From the IMG/VR virus record IMGVR_UViG_3300021426_000004, positions 32,001 through 96,000 of that record: a DNA stretch of 64,000 bases; one strand, given 5' to 3'. Shown here one piece after another: positions 48,477 through 58,516 of this stretch. The notes beneath the pieces were generated by a model. The model was not told the DNA's origin and did not search any database. It saw only the letters and a list, made by a program, of their open reading frames with translations. The stretch comes from a virus. Taxonomy: Duplodnaviria > Caudoviricetes. The first letter of the stretch is position 1. Each line of letters starts with the position of its first letter. A program made the position numbers and the translations under genes.

Positions 48477-49239
48477 GTAAACCACCAGCTGCACGTTTCG
48501 CTTGAAATTTCAGTATTCCGTGTGTTTGATTAATGTCGACGCCAACTCCGTCAATATCGACGATTTCATGAGTGTTTCCGCCCCATTCAAACTTGTCTCC
48601 GATTCTTACATTTTTAGTCTGTTCATTATATTGAACAATCAAAATAGTTAAAGCTCCGGCTATGGTACCTGGCGTACCAGATACAGCTACATATTCTGGT
48701 CTTCCATCATATCGGTATGCGTTTGCTGGAATTGAATGACAAATAATTTCATGATTGCTTTCTATTCCTTTGTTATAGTTATAGCCGCTCACAACATAGC
48801 CTTCATCATTAATTGCATAACCTTCATCATCCACATACATTTTGCCATCTCTGTACACTTCAAGGTAAAGATTGCAATATACAGCACGAGATGGAATGTT
48901 GTTGCTTTCTTTGTGCCCATTCCAATCCAACAGATAAATAGTGTTGTCAGGTTCAATAACCATATCGCCTTTACGTATACCGCTTGTAAGAGAACAACGT
49001 ATATTCATGTTGTTGTCTGTATTTTCATAGCGGCTTTTAGTGGCGTCTGGATATATTTCTCCACGAATATACTTTGGTGTATATTCTTCATTTTCTTTTT
49101 CATACCAATCATGAACAAGTTCAAAGTCCATTACAGTATTCGGAATATCATGATTAAGAAAATTGTCAAAGTCAGCGGCTAATGTTTTAGGAACGAGAAA
49201 CCGCGTTCTGGATTCTTGCGGAACATACGGTATCGACAT
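48463..49239 (-). CDS. Putative head closure protein
   Basis: 258 aa; duplicated IRKGD / VRIGD beta-barrel pattern; synteny. Confidence 0.55.
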   Translation of the reverse strand: MSIPYVPQESRTRFLVPKTLAADFDNFLNHDIPNTVMDFELVHDWYEKENEEYTPKYIRGEIYPDATKSRYENTDNNMNIRCSLTSGIRKGDMVIEPDNTIYLLDWNGHKESNNIPSRAVYCNLYLEVYRDGKMYVDDEGYAINDEGYVVSGYNYNKGIESNHEIICHSIPANAYRYDGRPEYVAVSGTPGTIAGALTILIVQYNEQTKNVRIGDKFEWGGNTHEIVDIDGVGVDINQTHGILKFQAKRAAGGLHGYD

Positions 49240-49255
49240 ATTGCCGCCTCCTTTA

Positions 49256-49594
49256 TTATTTTAAAGATCTTGAGATAAACTCACTAATGGACATAGTGTT
49301 AGCAGGGATTGTTTTATAAGATAAAGTATTTGGTAAACGTTTAATTGCGTTTGCCTGGTCAAGAAGTTTATGCCGAATGTTGTCGAATCGTTCTAACAAT
49401 TCTTTATCCCATTCGTTTTTTGGCTTATAGTCAGACATATAGAAAAAAACGTCTTCTACGTTTTTAAGAATACGGTTAAGTTCTCGACTGAGCATTTCTG
49501 TATAATCAATAAAATCGTATTCTTTTTCTACGACTGTTTCTAACTCTTTATTCTTATATTCAATCTTAACTTTAAAATCACTCATTGTTTTCAT
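49256..49594 (-). CDS. Hypothetical protein
   Basis: 112 aa in operon. Confidence 0.6.
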   Translation of the reverse strand: MKTMSDFKVKIEYKNKELETVVEKEYDFIDYTEMLSRELNRILKNVEDVFFYMSDYKPKNEWDKELLERFDNIRHKLLDQANAIKRLPNTLSYKTIPANTMSISEFISRSLK

Positions 49595-50016
49595 CCTTCT
49601 CTGGCCATTAATTTATGAAAAACGATGAGACGTTCTCTTTCGAGGTCTTCAATTTCCTGTTGAATGGATTTGTATGCTTCTTTAGCTCCTGTTACTGATA
49701 ATGCATTAGTTGTATAACTAACGGCATGATCACCAGTTACCTCAGACAAAGACATACGTTTAAACCTAATTTTCGCAAGAATAAAAATATACTCTTCTTC
49801 AAGTATATCAAAATCCTTACCATAATAGAGAACTTCTTCTTCATCTGTAGTAAACAAAGTTCTGTCATAATCATCAGGATGGTTGATATCAACATAAAAT
49901 TTCTTGATAGCTTGAACAATACATTTTCTATATTCGCTATCATATACAAGCACCTGAGAACTCAACGGACTATACCATTCTGCTAGCTCCGTGGCTGCCT
50001 CTGTGATGTTATACAA
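49591..50016 (-). CDS. Putative head-tail adaptor
   Basis: 141 aa, helical, second gene after MCP. Confidence 0.55.
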   Translation of the reverse strand: MYNITEAATELAEWYSPLSSQVLVYDSEYRKCIVQAIKKFYVDINHPDDYDRTLFTTDEEEVLYYGKDFDILEEEYIFILAKIRFKRMSLSEVTGDHAVSYTTNALSVTGAKEAYKSIQQEIEDLERERLIVFHKLMAREG

Positions 50017-50036
50017 GTCAACCGCTCCTTTCTGAT

Positions 50037-50489
50037 TTATTCTTCTGTGTCAAGAAGATTTTGATTTGGGATTTTCGCCTGTATTACCTTCAGTTTGCTC
50101 CCCTGCAAATCCATTTGTCCAGCCATTGCCGCAATAGCATCTAACTGAACAGGGTCATTTATGTCAGCAATCCAACTAGCAATGTGTTTTGCAGATTTAT
50201 TCAGATTTGCCATAATTTCATCCGGGGAAAACATTTTTTCAACATAAGGATCGGTTGCACCGCCGAGATCCTCAAGAGAATATTCTTTATTATTGGAGTC
50301 CTTGATCGAAAAAATCTTAGAAGAGAAAGGCTTACAACGAGAGTTGTCTTCAATAAAAAGAATGTCTTCAATTGCGACATAGGGTAAAAAAGAACCAGCA
50401 CGAATAACTCGCTGTTGCGTAGAAGATAAAGTTACACCAATGTCATAGTTCGTATTATTGTAAATACGTAAAGTAGTAGTATTATCCAT
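50037..50489 (-). CDS. Hypothetical protein following the major capsid gene
   Basis: 150 aa with RBS. Confidence 0.6.
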   Translation of the reverse strand: MDNTTTLRIYNNTNYDIGVTLSSTQQRVIRAGSFLPYVAIEDILFIEDNSRCKPFSSKIFSIKDSNNKEYSLEDLGGATDPYVEKMFSPDEIMANLNKSAKHIASWIADINDPVQLDAIAAMAGQMDLQGSKLKVIQAKIPNQNLLDTEE

Positions 50490-50515
50490 TTATCCTTCAA
50501 TCCTTTCAGTTAATC

Positions 50516-50552
50516 AAAAGCAAAGGGACGGCCGTAAAAGCCGTCCCTTTGC
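50516..50552 (-). terminator. Rho-independent terminator after MCP
   Basis: GCAAAGGGACGGC/GCCGTCCCTTTGC stem plus TTTT. Confidence 0.8.
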
Positions 50553-50569
50553 GATTAAAAAATCAATAA

Positions 50570-51571
50570 TTAGGGCTGCAGTTCGTGTGCGCCACTGGTA
50601 GGATTCTTACCAGTAACAAACGCAGCGCCAAACCAAGTGTCAAGCAGCACTTCATACGTACGGTCATCGATGTTCTGAGAACTCATAGAGTTCACGCCAC
50701 CCTCGTTGACCAGCTTGAGGTTACGAGCATCCGCAGTCTGTCCACCCGGCAGAATGTACAGCCAGTTAGGATTCAGAATCGGGGTCACGCCGTCATCTTC
50801 GTAAGCATTGGTCATACCAACAACAGCACAGCCATTGTAGTTGCCAATAAAGCCGTTCTTATTCCGCTCATCCAGCATATTTCCGCTGTACTGCATAGAA
50901 GTAGGATTCACAGCCATACCAGTCCAGGCAGCCAGCTGAGACACCAGAGCCATATCGCCAAGGATAGTCACAGGACCAAACCGACGGAAATGCATCAGCT
51001 GAGCATCCAGCAGAGCCTGATTCAGATTGGTCACACTCGCGCTATAGAAGGGAGTGCTGAACTTGGAGATGCCAGCATGCAGAACCTGCTGCGCCATCTT
51101 CAGCTTCTTGTCAGTAATCGCTTCGTTTGCTTCGCGGATCAGATCACCGATCTGAACACGGCCAGTCCGCAGATCAATAATGTTGATAGCAGGACGAGCA
51201 GCGATTTCCTTAGTCTCAACCAGAACCTGACTGTCGCTTACGTAGCTGCGAGGAGCAGTAGCGCCCTTCGCCTGAATGACAGCCTTGATTCCGCCATGGC
51301 GAAGCTTAAAGGCAGCCTTCTCGCCATAGCTAATATTCTTGATATCCGCAACAGTGCCCAGGAAATCCAGAGCATTCTTCTGCAGGTCTTCAACGGTGTA
51401 CGCAACGGTCTGCGCAATCAGATGGCAGTTGCCAGGAGTCAGATCACGAGTTAATTCACTTACGATCTGCTGGGCTTCTGCGATCTTATCGGAGTCGACA
51501 CGTTCACCACGGTTTTCAGCGGCCAGCACCTTAATCAGCTTCATGCCGCGTTCAATCTTTTCGATAGCCAT
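50570..51571 (-). CDS. Major capsid protein
   Basis: 333 aa after protease and decoration genes; visibly distinct codon bias; followed by a strong terminator; GFIGNYNGCAVV. Confidence 0.8.
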   Translation of the reverse strand: MAIEKIERGMKLIKVLAAENRGERVDSDKIAEAQQIVSELTRDLTPGNCHLIAQTVAYTVEDLQKNALDFLGTVADIKNISYGEKAAFKLRHGGIKAVIQAKGATAPRSYVSDSQVLVETKEIAARPAINIIDLRTGRVQIGDLIREANEAITDKKLKMAQQVLHAGISKFSTPFYSASVTNLNQALLDAQLMHFRRFGPVTILGDMALVSQLAAWTGMAVNPTSMQYSGNMLDERNKNGFIGNYNGCAVVGMTNAYEDDGVTPILNPNWLYILPGGQTADARNLKLVNEGGVNSMSSQNIDDRTYEVLLDTWFGAAFVTGKNPTSGAHELQP

Positions 51572-51587
51572 GTCTATTCACCTCCGA

Positions 51588-52007
51588 TTAACCGATAGTA
51601 CCGTCAGCCTGCACACCATAAGAGGTGCCAGCAACAGGCGTCCCGGTAACCATAGTAGTAACAAATTCATCGCCAACCAGCAGAGGATGAGCACGCAGCT
51701 CAAGATCTGCAGGCACAGCATGTTCCCTGTTGTCGTACTCGGCCTGATCATTGAAATACTCAGAGCCGTTCTCGACAAAATAGTAACGCTTATTCAGCTT
51801 ATCAACAATAAAACGGTAAGCGACCATACCATCATAAATAGTAGTAACTTCTTTGCAGATGAACTTGGTCGTGGACTCAGCAGAGGGAAGAACAAGACTG
51901 TTGCCGTCCTGAACCATAATGATGCCGTTCTTAACAGGAGCATTAGTTCCGTTGACAAGCTCGCCCTCATACACGTAGCCCTGAAGCTTGGTCATATATC
52001 CAGCCAC
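51588..52007 (-). CDS. Capsid decoration/cement protein
   Basis: 139 aa directly before MCP; VKNG..LLVGDEF. Confidence 0.65.
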   Translation of the reverse strand: MAGYMTKLQGYVYEGELVNGTNAPVKNGIIMVQDGNSLVLPSAESTTKFICKEVTTIYDGMVAYRFIVDKLNKRYYFVENGSEYFNDQAEYDNREHAVPADLELRAHPLLVGDEFVTTMVTGTPVAGTSYGVQADGTIG

Positions 52008-52039
52008 GCTAGGTCATTCCTTTCAAATAAATTTATTCT

Positions 52040-53356
52040 TTACATAGACAGTAAAGAATAGGTGGGTACTTTTTCATCCTTCTCAAGCAGAGAATATTTA
52101 TTCTCGGTCTTAAGCGTATCCATAAAAGGATTAATTTCAGCTGTAACTGTTTTCTTTTCTTTCAGTTCAGCAATTTCAGACTTCAGATCATTGATTACTT
52201 CAACAAGCTCTGCAATCATTTGTTCTGCAGTCTTTTTCTGGTCTTCGACATGAACGACGTCTGGTGTTTCAGCGGGTTCATCCGCAGGACCGGGTTCTTC
52301 AGAAGGGGTATCCGATGGTGTATCATCGTTAGTATCACCATCGTTTTGAGTTGGAGCGCCGTCGTCTTCAGCCTTTACTGTTTCGACAACTTGCTCCTCA
52401 GCAGCTTCATTTTCCGCAACATGCACGCCATCATCAGTAACCACAAGTTCACCATCAACAGGTTCGGTAGTGGTTGTCTGAATTTCGACTTCCTGATGCA
52501 CTGCACGATCTGTTTCAGAATCATAAGCATGAGTTTCATGCGTTACTGTTTCTGTGGTCGTAACGTATACAGTTGCGATCTCTTCTTCTGCATTTTCCTT
52601 CTTCTTGTTATTGCAGGCAGCATCTTCCTGGGAAGCATTTTCTTCTTCGGAAGCAGTTTCTTCCTGTTTGGCGGTTTCCTCTTCGGAAACTGCCTTTTTT
52701 TCTTCAGCCAGTTCAGACTGAGTGGCTTCGGTTTCAACAACTTCAGCCTTGTTTTCTACTTCTGCCATTTCCTCATCATCCTTTCTGGTTTCATCTGCTT
52801 TTTGCTGTGCAACTAATTCAAGCGCAACAGCATCTTCACAGGCTGGATAGGTCACAATGGCAGTGCCCTCCAAGTAATTGTTTTCAGACACATCAATCAG
52901 GATAGTGTTATCATCAAGTTCCTCGTATTCGCCAACGGTAACTTCAAAAGAAAACTTTAAAGCATTTTCTGAGAATAACTCAAGAATAGCCTTGCTAAGC
53001 TTCTTGTTACGTTTTGGAATCCGCGCATATCCAATTAAGGCGCAACCGTCTTTATTAGATTGCTTTTCAAACTTGTAAAACGATCCGATTTGTGTCGAAT
53101 GAAATTCGCCTGTTTTAATGTCATACAGATGACCAAGGCGATTGTAATTTCCGCTGATCAAAGCCTTTTTATCGGCGTACAGCGGCAAGCCCACATACCT
53201 TGCTTCGTTATTGACAATTTCATCAATAAAAGCTTCGGTTACTCTCGCTCCATTAAGATTAGCCTCAGGAGCTTCGCAGATGCGAGCTTTCACAGTCATA
53301 AACACATCTGACTGTTCAATTGCGGAGATGGTAGAAGCAAATACTAATTTGCTCAT
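52040..53356 (-). CDS. Prohead protease / scaffold protein
   Basis: 438 aa; N-terminal ANLNG..LGH..FSFEV..PAC protease-like domain; acidic low-complexity scaffold region. Confidence 0.75.
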   Translation of the reverse strand: MSKLVFASTISAIEQSDVFMTVKARICEAPEANLNGARVTEAFIDEIVNNEARYVGLPLYADKKALISGNYNRLGHLYDIKTGEFHSTQIGSFYKFEKQSNKDGCALIGYARIPKRNKKLSKAILELFSENALKFSFEVTVGEYEELDDNTILIDVSENNYLEGTAIVTYPACEDAVALELVAQQKADETRKDDEEMAEVENKAEVVETEATQSELAEEKKAVSEEETAKQEETASEEENASQEDAACNNKKKENAEEEIATVYVTTTETVTHETHAYDSETDRAVHQEVEIQTTTTEPVDGELVVTDDGVHVAENEAAEEQVVETVKAEDDGAPTQNDGDTNDDTPSDTPSEEPGPADEPAETPDVVHVEDQKKTAEQMIAELVEVINDLKSEIAELKEKKTVTAEINPFMDTLKTENKYSLLEKDEKVPTYSLLSM

Positions 53357-53446
53357 TTTGACTCTCCTTTTGCTTTGCGTTCAGTGGTGGGAGACAAAGA
53401 GCGCAAGGCTAATCTATGATTAACACCTTTCGGTGAGAACCATCCG

Positions 53447-53518
<72 letters not shown>

Positions 53519-53523
53519 AAACT

Positions 53524-53700
53524 CTGGGACTTACACCTTACGGATGCCCAGACACTGTCAAGGTGCGCATTATAATTCGTCATAACAAATAACAAACGAG
53601 ATATAAGAGGCGCTGACAGCACTACTAATATTCTCGGCTTTTCGGTGCCGTTACCACTCCAACGTTGCATTAAGGCGCAACAACCTTTTCACAGTCCCAG
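53524..53700 (-). ncRNA. Candidate multibranch structured RNA between portal and tRNA
   Basis: Closed by the 8-bp stem CTGGGACT/AGTCCCAG with four internal hairpins; no credible ORF. Confidence 0.5.
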
Positions 53701-53720
53701 TTTATTTACCGTCGCCTGGA

Positions 53721-55286
53721 CTACGACTCGTCATCCATTGATCCTTCTGGATTACTTGGCTTTGGTTCACGACCTCTTACAGCACTTTCAGGATCGGATG
53801 TGCGCTCGTCATTGTCCAATTCAGGACGTCCGACGTTTTCATTGTTATTTTGTGTATTGTAAAGCTCCCTTGGAAGCATTGTTTCATCAGTGCCATCTGT
53901 CTTTTCCTTTTGTCTCTTATCTCTTTCAACTTCAAGAGAATATCCTTGAGACTTAGACATGGTATCTGTAGAAATAACGCCTTTCTGCCATAACTCAAGA
54001 GCCTTTTCACGTAAAGCTTTCTTGCCTTCCATGGACAACGGCTGGAAATGAAATTCAGGAATATCTTTAAGGTTATATGTCCCTGGAATTTCTTCAGCAA
54101 GTCTTTTGTTGATTTTAGTCATCATGTCACAGAATTCATCACGTACAGCATTAATACGGGCTTCAGCGGTTTGTGTTGAAACCTGAGCAGAAGCAAAAGT
54201 AGAACCGTCATCAGATACACCTGTAACTAAAACAGCGCTTATTCCGCCAGCTGCAAGAATATCGTTGTTAACACCTTTATATTTATCCCATTGGAAAAGA
54301 TCGTTTAAGTCAAACTGAACAGGATTAGCAGTAGCAAGGTGATTTGTTACAGCAAGCGGTGTTCCGCTCATAGCTGAAATGAAGATTCTTCTGATTTTAC
54401 TCAACTGTTGTTCGTCAGGTAGTATGTCATTTGTTTTAGAACTTTCTCCATATTTCACATGAACAAAGCTTCGTTTGCCAATATTCAGCATCGCGTCTTC
54501 ATAACTGGAAATTAGTTCTTTCTTTGATAATGCTCTTAAGCAAGCAACAAGAAAAGGAATGGAATATCTTTGCCAACTTTCCTTTGTGCATTGCAAAACA
54601 AAAGTATTCTCAGGATTCAACTGAGCATACTGTCTGTTTTCTTTTACTGCTTTTTGAATTTCTTCTGGATAACCTTTAAGAATATAATCAATATTACTAT
54701 CCTTTACATATTTGTCCTCAACACTATATGTCTTGGCACGTATTTCGTTAATAATACTTTGACAGTCGTAATCAACAATTGGTGTACCATTGAAAGTAGT
54801 ATTACCAATTCTCCATTTGTGAATCGGAAGTGTGATCAAATCGCCATTATACAAATAGCAACAGACATTATAGTATTTCCATACTTCAAGCATGATAGCA
54901 TCTATTTTTTCTCTGAGCCGCATTCGCTTATATTGTTCTTCAAAAAGCGCATACGTCTTTTTCTTTGATCCTGTAAGATACCAGTCGGAACAAGTGGAAA
55001 ATGGAACATATACATGTTTTATAATTCCATGAACAATAGGATCTGCGTCAGTATAATAGTCAACCAGCTGATAAATACTCTGGATGTTATCCTGTTTATT
55101 ACGAAGGATGCCGACATAATCAAAATCAGCAAGCTCACCAGTAAATGTAAAGTTTGAGTTATTGAAACTTTGAATAGTAGTTTGATCTTTTTCCCGGTCT
55201 ACTCCAACAATAACTTCACGTTTCTTTTGAGGCTGTGTCTCTGCAACAGTCTCAGTACGGCCCAGAAGCCGATTAAATAAGCCCAT
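53721..55286 (-). CDS. Portal protein
   Basis: 521 aa directly after TerL; MGLFNRLLG start; C-terminal VGRP motif. Confidence 0.8.
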   Translation of the reverse strand: MGLFNRLLGRTETVAETQPQKKREVIVGVDREKDQTTIQSFNNSNFTFTGELADFDYVGILRNKQDNIQSIYQLVDYYTDADPIVHGIIKHVYVPFSTCSDWYLTGSKKKTYALFEEQYKRMRLREKIDAIMLEVWKYYNVCCYLYNGDLITLPIHKWRIGNTTFNGTPIVDYDCQSIINEIRAKTYSVEDKYVKDSNIDYILKGYPEEIQKAVKENRQYAQLNPENTFVLQCTKESWQRYSIPFLVACLRALSKKELISSYEDAMLNIGKRSFVHVKYGESSKTNDILPDEQQLSKIRRIFISAMSGTPLAVTNHLATANPVQFDLNDLFQWDKYKGVNNDILAAGGISAVLVTGVSDDGSTFASAQVSTQTAEARINAVRDEFCDMMTKINKRLAEEIPGTYNLKDIPEFHFQPLSMEGKKALREKALELWQKGVISTDTMSKSQGYSLEVERDKRQKEKTDGTDETMLPRELYNTQNNNENVGRPELDNDERTSDPESAVRGREPKPSNPEGSMDDES

Positions 55287-55304
55287 TGGACTCAGCCCCT
55301 TTCT

Positions 55305-56996
55305 TTAAAATCTACCAAACGTTTTAGCAATACGTTTAGAATAAGCATCACCAAAGCCACCAGTTATGCCAACGCACACTGGTCCCCTTTGATGTTGCTT
55401 GACATTCATTTTTTCGAGTTCTGATATGTAGTCATTGCCCATAGCCAATGCTGAATATCTATCCTTATGTTGTGTTGCTTTAGGAACATCATATGTTTTA
55501 TTACCTGAAGAGCTTGTCTTTTCTACGATATTGCCCATTTCCATTTGCATAGCGTCTGCTTCAAGGAATATAGCCATTTCTTCTTTTGACATTCTTTTGG
55601 ATTCTTCAGGAATATCCAATTGTTTAGCACGCATAGTTCTTTCCTGAATGGGTAATTCAATTGTTCCTTTTTCAAAGCACACACGAAGATTTGTGTAAAT
55701 TCTCTGGTTCAGATTATTTACAGCCCGGAACGGATGCAACGTTTGTTCAGCAACAGGATTGGACAAAGGTTGATCATCCACAACAAGTGGAGGATATTCA
55801 CGACCGGACGACACATCAACCCATTCTTTATCGAAGAATCTGTCAAAGCTGTCTCCGACACCGCGAGCATCGTAAATAATTTTTTCGGTGTTTGGAAATC
55901 TGATATGATAATATTCCCTTATTATTTCTGCCAGATAATCCAAAGGCTCACCATTGAAAGTTCGTATATTCACAACTTTACGAGCAAAAGATCCATCTGA
56001 CTTTTCTGTAAATTTAATTACAACAAGGCATGTGTTATCAGAACCTTTAGCTCTTGAAGTTGCTATATCGATACAAATGATATATCTTGATTTTGAATTT
56101 TTCGGCTGTTCCATTTCTATATTTTCGAGTGTTCTGCATTTTGATGTAAGATCAAAAGGCAAAGCAGAATTGGAATTGGAACCTACGAACTTAGAACCAT
56201 ACTCTACTTGAAAGGTAAGGTCTGGCATCTTCTCTTTTTCTTTTAAGAAGAAGTCCATGTCCGTAATGCCATTCGCAGCTGCAGCACGATAATCCAAAGC
56301 ACAGGCAAAAGAACCAGGTTCACCCTTTGCCATATCTTTTAGCACTCTTATGAAGTCATCATAAAAAGTGTTTGCTTTAGGGCATGCAGATGTTGTGCAT
56401 ATAGTCTTGGAAGCATAGTCTTTAAAATTATAGTTAAAAGATATATCCCGTTTATAGTTTTTAACAGGGCCGATGACAGAATCCTGTTCTTCCTGAGGAA
56501 TTAAAGCTGTTTCATCCAATACAAGAATCTTCGCTCTGTTACCACGCATACTGTCAATGGAAAATGATTCGATATACGAACCATTCTTAAATGAACACTT
56601 GCCCTTATCTTTCGAGATCTGAACAAGGCTTCTGGCGTTCGAAGCTGAAATTTCATTTGCAAGATTAGGATTCTGATCAGAAATCAACTTTAATTTCTGA
56701 AGAACAATAGTAGCCTGTGCTGCTGTGCCTGATACAACAGCACATACCGTGCCTGGATAAAGAACGCAAGTTGCAGCACAACACAAAGCAACAAGCCATG
56801 TTTTACCGGAGCCTCTGGATTGAACGATTTTAACATCGCTCCCTCTTCCAAAGGCTCTTGCGATCACATGCTGATCTCTTGTTAGCTTGATAGGTGCAAA
56901 CATTTGTTCGATTGCAATATCAAGATGGTCTCTCCAGAAAAGTATCTGCTTTTCGGCCGCGCTGAAATTAGTGATAACTCCCGCTCTGGCTATCAT
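55305..56996 (-). CDS. terL: Terminase large subunit
   Basis: Walker A SRGSGKT, Walker B ILVLDE, nuclease motifs ICIDIA..DNT and HKDRYSA; likely start MIARAG at 56996. Confidence 0.92.
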   Translation of the reverse strand: MIARAGVITNFSAAEKQILFWRDHLDIAIEQMFAPIKLTRDQHVIARAFGRGSDVKIVQSRGSGKTWLVALCCAATCVLYPGTVCAVVSGTAAQATIVLQKLKLISDQNPNLANEISASNARSLVQISKDKGKCSFKNGSYIESFSIDSMRGNRAKILVLDETALIPQEEQDSVIGPVKNYKRDISFNYNFKDYASKTICTTSACPKANTFYDDFIRVLKDMAKGEPGSFACALDYRAAAANGITDMDFFLKEKEKMPDLTFQVEYGSKFVGSNSNSALPFDLTSKCRTLENIEMEQPKNSKSRYIICIDIATSRAKGSDNTCLVVIKFTEKSDGSFARKVVNIRTFNGEPLDYLAEIIREYYHIRFPNTEKIIYDARGVGDSFDRFFDKEWVDVSSGREYPPLVVDDQPLSNPVAEQTLHPFRAVNNLNQRIYTNLRVCFEKGTIELPIQERTMRAKQLDIPEESKRMSKEEMAIFLEADAMQMEMGNIVEKTSSSGNKTYDVPKATQHKDRYSALAMGNDYISELEKMNVKQHQRGPVCVGITGGFGDAYSKRIAKTFGRF

Positions 56997-57009
56997 ATAA
57001 ATACACTCC

Positions 57010-57924
57010 TTACATAGAATCCAGGCCAAGAGCCTCTACTATGTAAGAGAATTCCTGGATAGTTTTGTCTACATCGTCCTTATCCCAATAGACAAGTTTG
57101 TCTGCTAAAAAACCATGAGTTTCAAGATGCAAAGTAAGTTCAGACCACGAACTCATTCCTTCCTTATCTCCGGGTTTACGTTTACATGCAGCAAAGTTAC
57201 CTGTTTTCATAAGAAGGTCCAATTGAGCAATTGCATCTTTAACATCCTGTAAAGAGCATCGTCCAAGCATATAATCGTTCTGAACTTTATCCGCAAGCAA
57301 AGAAGCCTTTGCAACTTTTTTAGCCGTATCCCTAAGAGCAGTGTCAGAAAGGTTGAAATCATTCTCCAGACCACTGTAGTAATTTTCCAGATATTCAAGT
57401 TCAGACTCTTTGAATTCGCCGTTGAAAAATTCATTGTAGACTTTCAGATTTTTATCAACCTTTGTTTTCTTAGGATCAAACTCAACGATCTTACCGTTTT
57501 CTTTGGCTTCGTCATAGTCATTTGTGTTTGTGTCCGTAGAGTGATCCTCATACTTATAGTTCTGAGTTTTCTGCATTAATGCAGGCATAATAGGACACGC
57601 AATTGACTCTAATAGTACCTGTCTTCTTTCGGCGTTGGATTTTTGATATACAGAAGATTTAGCTGCTTGTATTTCTGCTTGTTTAATGGCGTTGTTCCAA
57701 ACGTTCTCGCGCCATTCTCTGTTGTTCTCCCAAAAGTATCTCCGCATCTCATCTTTGGTTCTGATCTTTGCAAGACACTGTTTACACCATTTATCCTTTT
57801 TCCCATTCTCAATCCAATCTCTATTGGAGTAAAACTGAGATAGAGGTTTTGTCTGGTTACAGTGAAAACAAAGCCGTGTCTGAGCAGGAGTCTTGCCTTT
57901 GGGTTTCGACAGTATGTATGCCAT
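57010..57924 (-). CDS. Zinc-finger protein, putative terminase small subunit
   Basis: 304 aa; CFHC...FY...WCKQC; directly upstream of terL. Confidence 0.6.
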   Translation of the reverse strand: MAYILSKPKGKTPAQTRLCFHCNQTKPLSQFYSNRDWIENGKKDKWCKQCLAKIRTKDEMRRYFWENNREWRENVWNNAIKQAEIQAAKSSVYQKSNAERRQVLLESIACPIMPALMQKTQNYKYEDHSTDTNTNDYDEAKENGKIVEFDPKKTKVDKNLKVYNEFFNGEFKESELEYLENYYSGLENDFNLSDTALRDTAKKVAKASLLADKVQNDYMLGRCSLQDVKDAIAQLDLLMKTGNFAACKRKPGDKEGMSSWSELTLHLETHGFLADKLVYWDKDDVDKTIQEFSYIVEALGLDSM

Positions 57925-58265
57925 TACTCAGTGTCGTCCTGAATAACTGCAACTAAATCTTCTCCGGTAATAGTTTTCTTTTCAGCATCAGATAATTCAG
58001 ATTCCTTTACGGAAATATAACCCTGTTCAAGAGGCATCTTATCGATTTTCTTATGAATCTGTTCAGTGCGAACTTGATTGTAATATTCAGCCAATGCTAA
58101 AAAGAGTTCAGGCGTCTTAGTATATTTGTATGTGATAATCGGATATTTATAATGCTTCTTAGCATAAGTATAGTTAATCCCTTTATCTTCGAGGAATTTA
58201 ACTTCCCGTTTCCACTGAGTGGAATACTCTTTATCAAAAATATACTTTGGGATCTGATAGTCCAT
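57924..58265 (-). CDS. Hypothetical protein, first gene of the late unit
   Basis: 113 aa with RBS AGGAGTG. Confidence 0.65.
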   Translation of the reverse strand: MDYQIPKYIFDKEYSTQWKREVKFLEDKGINYTYAKKHYKYPIITYKYTKTPELFLALAEYYNQVRTEQIHKKIDKMPLEQGYISVKESELSDAEKKTITGEDLVAVIQDDTE

Positions 58266-58303
58266 AAAATAATCACTCCTAAAAAATCATAATAGGGAGT
58301 CTT

Positions 58304-58328
58304 TCTCCCTTACGGTCTTTTTCGAAAG
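58304..58328 (-). promoter_or_regulatory. 25-bp repeated motif copy 3 (candidate late promoter) at the head of the morphogenesis region
   Basis: Minus strand CTTTCGAAAAAGACCGTAAGGGAGA. Confidence 0.65.
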
Positions 58329-58516
58329 ACACGTTAAAAAGTGATAATAAATGCTGTTTATTTTTTTATAGTGTTTTGAAATGTTTACAAAATATTTTAT
58401 TAATGTCGAAGAAGATTTGATTTTAAGCATGCTTTTTTATTTCAGCGTAAAAAAAGGGGACAAGATTTATTTTTAATATACATGTCCCCTTTAAATGTTC
58501 TATTCAGAAAATTGAT

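Noticed and set aside
50585-52816. Long plus-strand ORFs opposite the capsid, decoration and scaffold genes
   Set aside because: Antisense shadows of strongly biased codon usage; no RBS or recognisable motifs
53380-53446. HDV-like theta ribozyme after the tRNA
   Set aside because: No nested double-pseudoknot pattern found; only a hairpin and a possible SD pseudoknot
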